A stretch of DNA of 64,000 nt from an uncultured Candidatus Saccharibacteria bacterium (GCA_964641015.1 CAZXJN010000003.1:1819-65818); one strand, 5' to 3'; positions 28,263-37,751 are shown, counted from the stretch's first letter. Notes: generated by a model not told the origin, from the sequence alone. Made by a program: numbers and translations.

Positions 28263-28490
28263 GGTAAACCAAAATATTTTTCAATTCCTTATTAAAAGAA
28301 AAACCACCCGCCGAAATTCAAAAAATATGCAGAAAAATTTTTGGTTTGGGCAGCCAGCTATGCTGGCGGAGGGAGCCGCGGGGCGGGATTTAATTATCTC
28401 GCTCGAAAACGGTTCGAGCTTCGTTCAACAGCTGCAGCCAAAAAATGATCCCGTCTGCGACTAAGGCAGTACGGGTTTATTTTTTGGCTG
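28263..28490. repeat. Right arm of the inverted repeat (contains a bidirectional terminator hairpin at 28452-28486)
   Basis: Reverse complement of 24558-24784. Confidence 0.9.
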
Positions 28491-28626
28491 TGCGCTAGAA
28501 GGTATGCGACGGCACGAAATAGAAGTCTTACACCTCAGCCGCATACAAACCGAGGGGCAAGAGGCCCATGCCCCCTGCCCTGGCCGTGAAGTTGATCCCT
28601 GCGAACAGTTGCCTAGCATGAAAACG

Positions 28627-29283
28627 CTAAGATTTTGGGTTTTTGTGCAGGCGTATATCAACGAATTTAAACAAAGCCACTGCCGCCCACCCAATCGCAA
28701 ACCCGCCAACTACATCCATTGGCCCGTGCACGCCAAGCTGTACCCGTGACAGACCGACCAATACAATACCGACCGGCGCTATCCATTTATACTTGGCAGG
28801 CAAATACAGGCTAAGCGTGAGAAAAAGCGCTGTTGCAAGTGCTGTGTGCCCCGATGGAAACCCTGAGCCGCGCACCACGGTATCCTTATACACAAGGTCG
28901 GTGATAAATTCTGCAGGCCTGCCGCGCCCCACCAAATCTTTCATCACTCCTGACACCAGATAGGCGAGTGAGCCTGTGAAAAGCAATCGCACCACCATGT
29001 GGTAGTAGCGCTTCATAAGAGCCAGCAGCGCTATACCAAGCAGCATGTAGACATTGCCAAAATGTGTTACGACTGAAAAGAATGCCGTAAAGACGCCCGA
29101 CAGCTCATATAGCCCATTAAAAATTACAACCTCTAGGCTAGTCATGTCGCGGTCATGCACCATAACTGCACTGATGATGAACAAGCTGATCGCTGCTGCA
29201 AGCTGCCATCGCGGTGAGATCTGGAGTCGAGAGACTATTCTTATTGCGGGTTGATTACGCTGGGTGGTTTTTGTTTTGCTCAT
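28627..29283 (-). CDS. PAP2-family phosphatase (undecaprenyl-diphosphatase/phosphatidate phosphatase type)
   Basis: All three PAP2 motifs are present (KDLVGRGRP, PSGH, SRVQLGVHGPMD) and the protein is polytopic. Confidence 0.85.
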   Translation of the reverse strand: MSKTKTTQRNQPAIRIVSRLQISPRWQLAAAISLFIISAVMVHDRDMTSLEVVIFNGLYELSGVFTAFFSVVTHFGNVYMLLGIALLALMKRYYHMVVRLLFTGSLAYLVSGVMKDLVGRGRPAEFITDLVYKDTVVRGSGFPSGHTALATALFLTLSLYLPAKYKWIAPVGIVLVGLSRVQLGVHGPMDVVGGFAIGWAAVALFKFVDIRLHKNPKS

Positions 29284-29301
29284 GTTTTTGGTTGGTTGTG
29301 T

Positions 29302-30003
29302 TTATTTTAGCACATCGACAGCCTTTTTTATTCTTGCACGGTGATAGCGTTCCAAATAATCAAGTATTGCGTACAGAACAACGGATATGCCGCTGTATTG
29401 GAATATTTTTTCTAGTCCTTGCATTAGGCCGCTGTCAAGAAACAAGTCATCGACATTGTTAGCCAGTGAATCCATAAGAATCTTTCCGGCGACATAGGTT
29501 ATTCCCCCTATCATCAAGAGCAGCATAGTTCGCCTTGGCAACGCATGCCATGCCCACCAGCCAAGCAATGCGCCAATAAGTACGATGAACGGCACCACAA
29601 TCAACCAAGCATTTACAAGTGCGCTTGGTGCAGTATCCAAGAAGAAGGTGTTATGTAGGGTCTGTAGCACAAACTCGTGCAGCGTTGCCACATCATCCAG
29701 CGACAGCAGTATTCCGATAACTCCAATGACAGTCCAGAGCGCTCGAGCCGAACGCTGATCGCTCAGATGGGCAGAAAAAAGAGCCAGAACACCAACACAG
29801 AGAAATAAAAGCTGAGAAAACCACTGCGGTACACTGTTTTCATCGTTGACATCCAGCCTAGCCGACAGCTCGAACAACGCACCATGCTGCTCGTTAAATA
29901 TTCGGACGCTGATGTACTTGAAAATAACATGTATCAAGAAGAGCGCTACCGTGCTCAAAAGTAGTGCGAGCAGTATTTTCAGTGACAGGCTCTGGTTTTT
30001 CAT
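29302..30003 (-). CDS. Hypothetical polytopic membrane protein
   Basis: 233 aa with about 6 hydrophobic segments and no recognised motif. Confidence 0.55.
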   Translation of the reverse strand: MKNQSLSLKILLALLLSTVALFLIHVIFKYISVRIFNEQHGALFELSARLDVNDENSVPQWFSQLLFLCVGVLALFSAHLSDQRSARALWTVIGVIGILLSLDDVATLHEFVLQTLHNTFFLDTAPSALVNAWLIVVPFIVLIGALLGWWAWHALPRRTMLLLMIGGITYVAGKILMDSLANNVDDLFLDSGLMQGLEKIFQYSGISVVLYAILDYLERYHRARIKKAVDVLK

Positions 30004-30184
30004 ATTTGTTGCAAATTATATCACGCCTCTAGAGCGGCGCGCCTCCTATTTTGCGAACTCCAAAAGCATGCTATACTAAATCTTAAAATAAAAGAGGTAT
30101 TTTCTACAACATAGTTATGCACTTTTCAACACCTTAGAAACACAGCGAGTACCACAACAAATTGTTTAAAAATAAACAATCCTA

Positions 30185-30212
30185 TTGACTAGTAGGCGTA
30201 AGGGAATATAGT
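30185..30212 (+). promoter_or_regulatory. Candidate sigma70-type promoter
   Basis: TTGACT, a 16-nt spacer, then TATAGT, about 60 nt upstream of the 30271 ORF. Confidence 0.4.
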
Positions 30213-30270
30213 GGTTGTATAGTCGTGTTTCAAAACGGCTACAGGAGTTTAACCAAAGGTGGAGGGGTAA

Positions 30271-30795
30271 ATGGTTAATATCTTGCGGGTTATTTCTAAA
30301 TGGATTAATGTGGCGGTAATTTCGATTGCCGCTTTTTTTGTTCCAAAAAAGCAAAGCACTTCTTCTCCTAAGAAGGCGCTCTACACCGGTGGTTCGCTAG
30401 TTGTTCTAACAGGTGCGATTGGAGCATATGCGGCTGGTTCGCTGCGACAGCCTGCGTCTGCTGCAGAATCAGATCAGCTGCAGACAAACTCGGTCGATGT
30501 GGTAGTGTCTACCGATGCCGCGAGCAATTCAGCCTCTTCTGAGGTACCGGTACAAAGCGGGGTGAGTACACAGCTCCGTATGAAGACTACGACAAGCACG
30601 AATGGCCAAACCTCGGACAAAAGAACAACTACCACCCAGGAGGTTAAAGGCAGCCGGAAAATTATAAAGAAAGAAAGTTCCGATGGTCAGAGTTCGGTGT
30701 ATTTTGAAGTGGATGCAGAGTCTGATGCCCGCGTAGAGATGAGCGAAACCGGTAATACGATAGAAATAAGGGTCGAAGGAGGTGCGCAGCAGTAG
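30271..30795 (+). CDS. Hypothetical membrane-anchored/secreted Ser/Thr-rich protein
   Basis: RBS GGTGGAGGGG. It has an N-terminal hydrophobic anchor and is the first gene of the surface-protein locus. Confidence 0.5.
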   Translation: MVNILRVISKWINVAVISIAAFFVPKKQSTSSPKKALYTGGSLVVLTGAIGAYAAGSLRQPASAAESDQLQTNSVDVVVSTDAASNSASSEVPVQSGVSTQLRMKTTTSTNGQTSDKRTTTTQEVKGSRKIIKKESSDGQSSVYFEVDAESDARVEMSETGNTIEIRVEGGAQQ

Positions 30796-30902
30796 CAAAA
30801 TAGTAGGCCATAGGCTCCGGTCGATCTTTGTGAACAAGGGTTGTTCACAAAGATCGGGTGAAGCCCGAAAGACAACTTAATAATAAGAAAGGAGTAGCTT
30901 TT

Positions 30903-31484
30903 ATGAAAAAGTTACTAAGAATAGTAGCCGCAGCTATCCTGGGTGCAGGCTTGGTCGGCGGTGTCGCAGGTGCAAGTCAGGCAACCATCGATACGAGCGG
31001 TGCGGATTCAACCAATAACATAAATTTCAACGACACAGTAGAAGTGGACGTTGAGTCTACAAACAATACGCTTGGTGTTGTTGCGAACGTGCAGGATGCC
31101 GCATCTGGCGATGCGGAAGCTACCCGCAACACTGACGCTGGTAATGTTTCTACCGGTAATGCTAGCAATAGCGCTAGTACATCAGCGAATGTATCCAGCA
31201 GTAACACTGGTGTGGCTGGCTGGGCTAACTGGGGTGCAAGCAACTCCAACCATAGCGCCACTATGAATAAAACTGGCGCAGACTCAACCAACAGAATTAA
31301 TTTCGAGAACAGCCATGAGCTAGACGTCGAAGTCGAAAATAATACAGCTGTCATTGCTATCACTGCACAGCGTGCCAACAGTGGCGATGCTACGAGCAGT
31401 CGTAACACTGATGGTGGCGGTGCTTCAACCGGTAACGCCAGCAACACTGCTTCTACCACAGTGGTAATCAGCAGTAATAACTAA
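30903..31484 (+). CDS. Secreted protein with two copies of the TGADSTN...SGDA...NT.GG..TG.A module
   Basis: RBS AAAGGAG and a signal peptide (MKKLLRIVAAAILGAGLVGGVAGA). The two internal repeats align with repeats in the next gene and in the LPXTG protein. Confidence 0.7.
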   Translation: MKKLLRIVAAAILGAGLVGGVAGASQATIDTSGADSTNNINFNDTVEVDVESTNNTLGVVANVQDAASGDAEATRNTDAGNVSTGNASNSASTSANVSSSNTGVAGWANWGASNSNHSATMNKTGADSTNRINFENSHELDVEVENNTAVIAITAQRANSGDATSSRNTDGGGASTGNASNTASTTVVISSNN

Positions 31485-31507
31485 TCTAGTTGATTGCTAG
31501 GAAGGTT

Positions 31508-31565
31508 AACGGTGAAAAAACGAGTGTGGAGTGCGCAGGCGTGCGGACTCCACTTCCCCACCGTT
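31508..31565 (+). promoter_or_regulatory. Nested two-tier hairpin between the two repeat-protein genes
   Basis: The outer pair is AACGGTG/CACCGTT (31508-14 with 31559-65) and the inner pair is GTGGAGT/ACTCCAC (31526-32 with 31547-53). No T-tract follows. Confidence 0.35.
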
Positions 31566-31620
31566 TACAGCAAAAGCTCAAAATTGCAACAATAACAAAT
31601 GGAGAGGTGACCAGAAGCTT

Positions 31621-33675
31621 ATGAACTATACAGCGCGCATAAGGCAAAAATTTGCTATCGCAACAGTGTTGCTAGTGCAGCTTGTGAGCGTCTCTCTGTT
31701 TGCTATGCCCATCACTGTTCATGCTGACACAGAGCCCGAGACGACTGCGGTGGTTTGTCCGCCGGTTAACGGCACTAAGTCGCCGACCGGATCTGCTGCC
31801 AGGACATTCACTTACAACCCCGAGACTTGTCTGTATGAAAACGACTACTATACGTGGAATCCAGCCACCAAAATATACACGCCTATAAAGGACGTGGAGC
31901 TGCGAGAGCCGCGGCTAAACGCTGAAGGTACTGCCTACGAGCATCAACAGTGGGAATACTCTCCAGCCAAAGGCAGATACGAGCTGCGGGCTATCAGCAA
32001 CCCCGTGACAACTATAACGGTACCTGCTTCAGCGACCAACACCACTGCGCCGTCAGACGGTGGTGCACGTTCACAGACCATTGGCAATGCGAGCATTAGC
32101 AATAGCGGTGCTGATTCTACCAATGAAATAAACAGCGTCGATAGCACCCAGGCGGATATCGATATCATCAACAATACTTCTGTACTGACGACTCTTGACT
32201 CTGTTTCAGTATCAGGCGATGCATCAGTGCTGCAAAACACTAATGGCGGCAGCGCCTCCACGGGTGATGCTACTGCAGTTGCAAATTATTTGGCGCTCAT
32301 ACAATCTGGCTGGGATCCCACAAATGGCGAAATTGCCACGTTCAATGCTGATATATATGGCTCGTTCACAGGTGATTTGCTGTTTGACCCGAGTCTTATT
32401 CTTGATACAGGCGCAGGCAGTACCAACACTATAAATGACAGTGATACAACCAGGCTGAATGTAACGATCCAAGACAACGCCAGTATCCAGAACGACATCA
32501 ATCTCACAGCAAAAAGCGGTGATGCCACTGTCAGTGAAAATACCAAAGGCGGTGATGCAACAACGGGTGATGCTAAGGCGGTTGCCAATGTGGTGAATAT
32601 GATTAATTCAAGCATCAATAGCCAAAAGGGTTTTATTGGTACGATTAATATCCACGGCAGCCTGCAAGGCGACTTCCTTCTGCCGCCTGCTCTGCTTGCG
32701 CAACTGCAAAATACGGGAGCTGGCTCAAATAATGCAATCCAGCAAAATAACAATACCGATGCGAATGTTAACCTCACGAGCAATGCTTCCATTTATAACA
32801 ATTTCAACATAGGCGCTTTTAGCGGCAATGCGCTTGTTGATGCCAACACGGAAGCAGGCAGCGCCACTACGGGTACGGCCACTACGAATGTTGAACAGCA
32901 GAATTACGTTGGCGTTAACGGTGGCGGTCAGAAAGGTCTGCTGGTATTTGTGAACGTAATGGGCCAGTGGGTAGGATTTGTAAATCCAAACTTTTCAACC
33001 ATTGGCAATACCGGAGCAAACTCCGACAACAGCATCACAAATAATAACACCACGAATCTAGACCTGGATGTGGTGCAGAACCACTCCATTACTAATAATA
33101 TTAATCTGCACGCTCAGTCCGGCGACGCCACCGTGAGCAGAAATACTTCTGCTGGTGATGCGAGGTCGGGCGATGCCTACGCGGGCGCTAATGTGTTGAA
33201 TATGATCGACAGCAACCTAAATTACAGTGATTGGTTCGGCGTATTGTTCATCAATGTATTTGGTAGCTGGAGCGGCAGCTTTGGTGCGGACACGGTCGCT
33301 GGCAGCCCGGCCCATAGCCAGTCTGTGTCCGAGGCGCCGGCAGAGGCTGAGCGTAATACGCCGCAGCCCGGTCGGCACACCTTAGCAGAAACAACGTCCG
33401 GGCCCGGCAGCTCCTACGCTGCTGGACGTACAGCTGCTGGCGTGCGTACGACAGCAGCTCGCGAACAGTCTCCAGCCCTCCTTGGCGCATCCAGTGACGA
33501 CGTACCGCCCTCTGCGGCTGCAAACACGAGCTTGCCGTCTGCAGAAAGTAGTGGAAGAAGTTTTGCAGTCAATTGGTGGGTGCTGGCTATCGGCGCTCTA
33601 TTCGGCGCGGGATTTGCAGTACGTGGCCAGGAGATAAATTTTTCCCGAGTACTCCCTAGGCGCGTTCGTCCGTAA
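31621..33675 (+). CDS. Large surface protein (684 aa from ATG 31621) with four copies of the same module and a C-terminal TM anchor
   Basis: It has a signal/anchor (FAIATVLLVQLVSVSLFAMPITVHA) and four ~95-aa repeats beginning N(S/T)GA.S.N.I. The C-terminus has an Ala/Pro/Ser-rich stalk followed by WWVLAIGALFGAGFAV and a basic tail. Confidence 0.7.
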   Translation: MNYTARIRQKFAIATVLLVQLVSVSLFAMPITVHADTEPETTAVVCPPVNGTKSPTGSAARTFTYNPETCLYENDYYTWNPATKIYTPIKDVELREPRLNAEGTAYEHQQWEYSPAKGRYELRAISNPVTTITVPASATNTTAPSDGGARSQTIGNASISNSGADSTNEINSVDSTQADIDIINNTSVLTTLDSVSVSGDASVLQNTNGGSASTGDATAVANYLALIQSGWDPTNGEIATFNADIYGSFTGDLLFDPSLILDTGAGSTNTINDSDTTRLNVTIQDNASIQNDINLTAKSGDATVSENTKGGDATTGDAKAVANVVNMINSSINSQKGFIGTINIHGSLQGDFLLPPALLAQLQNTGAGSNNAIQQNNNTDANVNLTSNASIYNNFNIGAFSGNALVDANTEAGSATTGTATTNVEQQNYVGVNGGGQKGLLVFVNVMGQWVGFVNPNFSTIGNTGANSDNSITNNNTTNLDLDVVQNHSITNNINLHAQSGDATVSRNTSAGDARSGDAYAGANVLNMIDSNLNYSDWFGVLFINVFGSWSGSFGADTVAGSPAHSQSVSEAPAEAERNTPQPGRHTLAETTSGPGSSYAAGRTAAGVRTTAAREQSPALLGASSDDVPPSAAANTSLPSAESSGRSFAVNWWVLAIGALFGAGFAVRGQEINFSRVLPRRVRP

Positions 33676-34669
33676 GCTGGTGATAGCTCCTATCCTGCAG
33701 GCTTCTTCTGATCCGGTTTAGCAGTGCCTTGCCGCTATAAACAATCTGATAGCTGCAAAATATTACATAGGCAGGTATAAGGTGCTGGAGTTTACGTATT
33801 TTTTGACGCCGTGACAGCCCCGTATCACCCCCTATACTGAGAAGTGAAAAAGCGGTAAACAGACTCCAGCCGTACAAAAAGATCACACTATCAAGAGTGA
33901 TAATTGTATAGATGAAAGTAACGCAAAATAAGATTGGCAACAGTCTAGCGTGCAGTTCTCCTGCAGGGCGATGGGTATTCAGGCGCAATGCTAGCGCGCG
34001 ACTATTGTAAACGGCAGCAGGCCTAGACGGTCGGGATTTTCGTACTGCGAAAACACTTCCCCGCTCCGGGGCAATCATGCGCCTATCTGACAAGCGTTTG
34101 TGTACCAAGTTTTGCCAGATATCAGCATAGTCCAGGTATATTTTTTTGAGCTGCGAGTCAGCTGCGTGCTGTATACGCAGTGCCATACGTCCAACAGGCG
34201 GGTTCACGCTAAACTGATGGGCGATATGTTCCAGGGTTTTAGAGTCCAGCACATGCGGACTGGTCATAATAAGTACGATATCGCCGTGCGCATAGCGGCT
34301 GATGAGCTTTTTCCAAGGCAGCGGATCCCTGCTGCGCCTGCGGACTACACGCTCCAGTCGTTTTGGGTATCGCTTCTGAAATCTTTTTACCGTGTCCAGG
34401 GTCATATCATCTGATGCATTATCCACAACAGTTACCCGGTGGCGATGGTAGCTGCTTTTGAAGACACTAGCAAGGCTTGCTGAAATGCTTCGGGCATCAT
34501 TAGAGGTCTGTACAATTACGCTGATAGTGGGTTTAGCGGAGTTTTTCTTTGGCTGCAGCTGTGTGCGTGCCGCGCGAATATCTGATGCATATTCTTGTAT
34601 GAGCTGCACGCACATAGCAGCTAGTATGGCGCCGAGGAGCGCTGGTGGCAGAAGTGCGGCGATATCCAT
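33656..34669 (-). CDS. Family 2 glycosyltransferase with N- and C-terminal TM segments
   Basis: ISVIVQTSNDARSI...VTVVDNASDDMT matches the GT2 N-terminal pattern. Its 3' end overlaps the convergent surface-protein gene by 20 nt. Confidence 0.75.
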   Translation of the reverse strand: MDIAALLPPALLGAILAAMCVQLIQEYASDIRAARTQLQPKKNSAKPTISVIVQTSNDARSISASLASVFKSSYHRHRVTVVDNASDDMTLDTVKRFQKRYPKRLERVVRRRSRDPLPWKKLISRYAHGDIVLIMTSPHVLDSKTLEHIAHQFSVNPPVGRMALRIQHAADSQLKKIYLDYADIWQNLVHKRLSDRRMIAPERGSVFAVRKSRPSRPAAVYNSRALALRLNTHRPAGELHARLLPILFCVTFIYTIITLDSVIFLYGWSLFTAFSLLSIGGDTGLSRRQKIRKLQHLIPAYVIFCSYQIVYSGKALLNRIRRSLQDRSYHQLTDERA

Positions 34670-34673
34670 AGGG

Positions 34674-35264
34674 CTAAATTACATCCTCCAGGGTGAAGGT
34701 ATAAAACGTTCTAATTTGATTAAAAGCGCCCGAGCAAGTGAGAAGGGTCAGAAGCGGCTCGCCGTCGTAATCAAAAACTGCAGTGTCGCTTGGTGAGTGA
34801 TCCGATATTGATACGAGCCGGTAGATGAAGACACGCCCATTGTCCGTGGTAATGCGGGCTGTGTCGTTCTGCATAATTTTCTTGAGCGGTCCAAATGCCG
34901 AAGGATTATTATGCGCGTAAAGCAGCGTGTTGCCTGCATGGTCATTTGCAGGACTACTCAGGGTTGCATAGTGAATTCCCTTTGGGCTGACATGCCAGGT
35001 GTGGCGCGCGGTATCGTATATACCATCATCGACTGCACGTTCAAAATCGATAGCAGGAATGGTTAATTTTACAGGAGTGCCGCTAATAACAGGCGCAGGA
35101 GACACTGCTGGCACGGGCTGCGGGGTCGAGTATCTCAGCACTAGCTGGGTAGATGAGGGCGGTGGCAAGAGCGCTTGCACTCCTTGGGCAAGCGCAATCA
35201 GCGTCATGCCATACAAGGCAATGACGCTGAGCACTGAAGAAAACTTTTTGATTGTCTGCTGCAC
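34674..35264 (-). CDS. Sortase (transpeptidase)
   Basis: N-terminal membrane anchor, a catalytic TLLTCSG (TLxTC) motif, and a conserved His region (LLYAHNN). Confidence 0.8.
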   Translation of the reverse strand: MQQTIKKFSSVLSVIALYGMTLIALAQGVQALLPPPSSTQLVLRYSTPQPVPAVSPAPVISGTPVKLTIPAIDFERAVDDGIYDTARHTWHVSPKGIHYATLSSPANDHAGNTLLYAHNNPSAFGPLKKIMQNDTARITTDNGRVFIYRLVSISDHSPSDTAVFDYDGEPLLTLLTCSGAFNQIRTFYTFTLEDVI

Positions 35265-35285
35265 TATCGCAGGCTCTTTATAGTT

Positions 35286-35828
35286 TTAGCTTCGGTTGCG
35301 CACGTACAGATTGCTTGCTACACGGGCTGCTGCGAGCAAAGCGACTGCTGCGCCAGCGGTGAGAGCAATTACCTGAAGCGGGCTGGTAGAGCCAGTGTCC
35401 GGGAGCGTTCTGACGACAGCTGCACCTTGGACTTCTTCTTCGGGCTCTTCTTCATCAGGAGTGGCAGGCTTGGTAGGCTCTTGATCTGCCAAACAGTTAC
35501 TGTTTTCAACAAGCGCGTCAATTTCGCTGATGTTGATGACATCACCAGTAGTTACGCCGCCAGCAGTGGTGTTGCCGCTGACAGTGGCATCACCGCTTGT
35601 TCCGTCTTGAGTAACGTCAAGAACAATCTGTGTATTATTCTGGCACTCGATTACCAGGGTATATGTGCCGGTGCAGTCGATTTCATTAATAGAGCCTGCG
35701 CCTGTGTTTGATATTTCAATATTGCTACAGTCTCCTGAGGCCTGCTGCGCAGATACGTTTGTAGCGCCCGCCGCTACGAATGCGAATGCGACCAGTGGCA
35801 CCGCTAGAATTTGTAATAGTTTCCTCAT
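35286..35828 (-). CDS. LPXTG-anchored surface protein carrying one copy of the shared module
   Basis: It has a signal peptide and the module NTGAGSINEI...SGDATVSGNTTAGGVTTGD. A Pro/Glu linker follows. The sorting signal is LPDTG, then a hydrophobic stretch, then the basic tail RNRS. Confidence 0.8.
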   Translation of the reverse strand: MRKLLQILAVPLVAFAFVAAGATNVSAQQASGDCSNIEISNTGAGSINEIDCTGTYTLVIECQNNTQIVLDVTQDGTSGDATVSGNTTAGGVTTGDVINISEIDALVENSNCLADQEPTKPATPDEEEPEEEVQGAAVVRTLPDTGSTSPLQVIALTAGAAVALLAAARVASNLYVRNRS

Positions 35829-35941
35829 AACACCTCTCCCCTTATATAATTGATGTAGTAGGACCGTTACCGGGTACGTGATAGGATATTTACATAAAAA
35901 TTACTAAATGTAAACTATATTTTAAAGTAAGCATAATCGTA

Positions 35942-36199
35942 ATGAAAAAAACCACCAATCTCATCCGCAGAATAATTGCACTGTCAGTCGGGCTGCCGGT
36001 GACGGTGGCGGGCCTTGTGCTCATTCCTCTGCCTGGACCTGGCGTGCTTTTGACGCTCATAGGGTTGTGGATATTATCTTTTGGCTTTGACAGCGTGAAG
36101 CGCCCGCTTGATACGTTCAAACAAAAGCTTGTTGCTATCTACCACCAAGCTTACCAGCGCTACGATCGCTTCCTCGATAAGCATAACCTAAAGGACTAG
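35942..36199 (+). CDS. Small PGPGW-type membrane protein
   Basis: VLIPLPGPGVLLTLIGLWIL resembles the PGPGW transmembrane family. Confidence 0.55.
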   Translation: MKKTTNLIRRIIALSVGLPVTVAGLVLIPLPGPGVLLTLIGLWILSFGFDSVKRPLDTFKQKLVAIYHQAYQRYDRFLDKHNLKD

Positions 36200-36223
36200 C
36201 TGACATGCTATACTTGCTAGCAA

Positions 36224-36976
36224 ATGGTTCGAAAAACAAAAAAAACCAGAAGAAACCCTTCACTTACCTACAGAACATTCAGGTACGGCAAAAAATCAAT
36301 CTCGTTTGTTGCCGATAAAGTAATTATTTTTCGCCTGATGCGCAATCTGCACGGTCGATTCTGGGGGGTGGCAGGGCTCGTTATCATGTCACTGTTTTTT
36401 AGCATTTGTTTCTGGGTGCGCCCTGACATGCTCAGCTGGTCGACCGCTTTCAGCGATTTTGGCCGTGACGTTCGGACAGCACCATATTTGGCGGCGGCCC
36501 TATTTTTTGCAGCTTATGGACTGTGGCGTTGGCGCAACTATTTGCGGCGCACCCTCAAGCATTCGCGTCCGGTGACCGGGCTGGTGACGCTTACGATGCT
36601 AGGGCTGTATATTGCCGCACTTTTCCCTGTTGCATGGGAGCCGTGGCCGTACCGGATTCATTTTATAGGGGTGATAATATTTGGCGTCAGTATGGCCGCA
36701 ACCGTAGTGGTTGATACCTTGCTGACTAAAGCTCGCCGTAAAAAAGGCTTTCAGCTTTGGCGCTTGCTCCGGTTTGTGTCGTTCATACTAATCATTATTG
36801 GCGGGTACATTACCTTTGGTTCGGCGAGTGCAGTCGGCTGGTTTCAGTTGGCATTATTTGGCGAACTTTTGATGTTTATCGGTTATGCAATCTGGATTAT
36901 TGACAAAACCTACAGGGGCGAAGGTAGCCGCTCTCAGCTGTCAAGGATCTTTCGTGGTCTCGTTCTGATAGACTAG
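36224..36976 (+). CDS. Hypothetical polytopic membrane protein (true start possibly internal)
   Basis: Six hydrophobic segments follow a basic N-terminus. I recognise no family. Confidence 0.5.
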   Translation: MVRKTKKTRRNPSLTYRTFRYGKKSISFVADKVIIFRLMRNLHGRFWGVAGLVIMSLFFSICFWVRPDMLSWSTAFSDFGRDVRTAPYLAAALFFAAYGLWRWRNYLRRTLKHSRPVTGLVTLTMLGLYIAALFPVAWEPWPYRIHFIGVIIFGVSMAATVVVDTLLTKARRKKGFQLWRLLRFVSFILIIIGGYITFGSASAVGWFQLALFGELLMFIGYAIWIIDKTYRGEGSRSQLSRIFRGLVLID

Positions 36977-37009
36977 ATATGTAGATCATTAAACGATACG
37001 GGGGTTAAA

Positions 37010-37531
37010 ATGTTTGATTTTGATGCGATGCAACAGGTGGCCGAAGCTCGGGCTGAAGTAAAAGGCCCTAGCGTTTCCGGCGAACTTAAACTGACCGAGT
37101 ATCTGGATAAAACAGCGCGCTACGTGGTGGTAGACTTGCAGGTCGAAGGGGATCCCAGCGTACTGACTCCTGGTAATCATGCTGTTCATTTTCACGAAAA
37201 GGCCGCCTGCGACTGTGAAGGCTTCAAGTGCGCTGGCGGGCATTTTGACCCAGGCCCCAGCGGCAATACCGACCCGGACGCCAACCACGGCTATCATGCA
37301 GGCGATCTTCCAATGATTGTGGTTGATGAATCAGGAAAAGGCACGCTTCGTGCGATCACCACCCGCGTAACGCTCACAGACGGACCGGTGTCACTCCTTG
37401 GCAAGGAGTCTGCACCAGAAGGAACATCAATCATGATTCACGGTAATCCAGACCCCCATACCCCTGGTGAATCTGGCTCTGGCCACAGCGGCGGTCCGCG
37501 GCTGGCCTGCGGGACGATTGAAGCAGTCTAA
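37010..37531 (+). CDS. sodC: Cu/Zn superoxide dismutase-like protein without a recognisable signal peptide
   Basis: Ligand pattern HAVHFHE, C..AGGHFDP, HGYHAGDLP, IMIHGNPD, GGPRLACG. Confidence 0.8.
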   Translation: MFDFDAMQQVAEARAEVKGPSVSGELKLTEYLDKTARYVVVDLQVEGDPSVLTPGNHAVHFHEKAACDCEGFKCAGGHFDPGPSGNTDPDANHGYHAGDLPMIVVDESGKGTLRAITTRVTLTDGPVSLLGKESAPEGTSIMIHGNPDPHTPGESGSGHSGGPRLACGTIEAV

Positions 37532-37751
37532 TTTTGTTGAGCAGTTTTTACGCCAGAGTACCCTCGTTTTACCCAGGTGTTCACGGTGCGAGGCGTTGTA
37601 TATTGACATACTTGACAAGGCGTGATATAATGTATAATAACAAGAATTTATTATCACCTCTGTACATAGTTTCTCCACTTACCTATTCAGCCGAGTCAAT
37701 CCAGAGTTATTTCTTGATTCTACCCCTTATACCAGATAGAATAGACTGTAA

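Larger units (their letters stand above)
24558..28490. mobile_element. Putative horizontally acquired island at the tRNA-Gln 3' end, bounded by long inverted repeats and with no recombinase
   Basis: The cargo is AT-rich (sampled ~35-40% GC versus ~45-55% in flanks). It holds six co-oriented accessory genes between 227/228-bp inverted arms. Confidence 0.55.
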
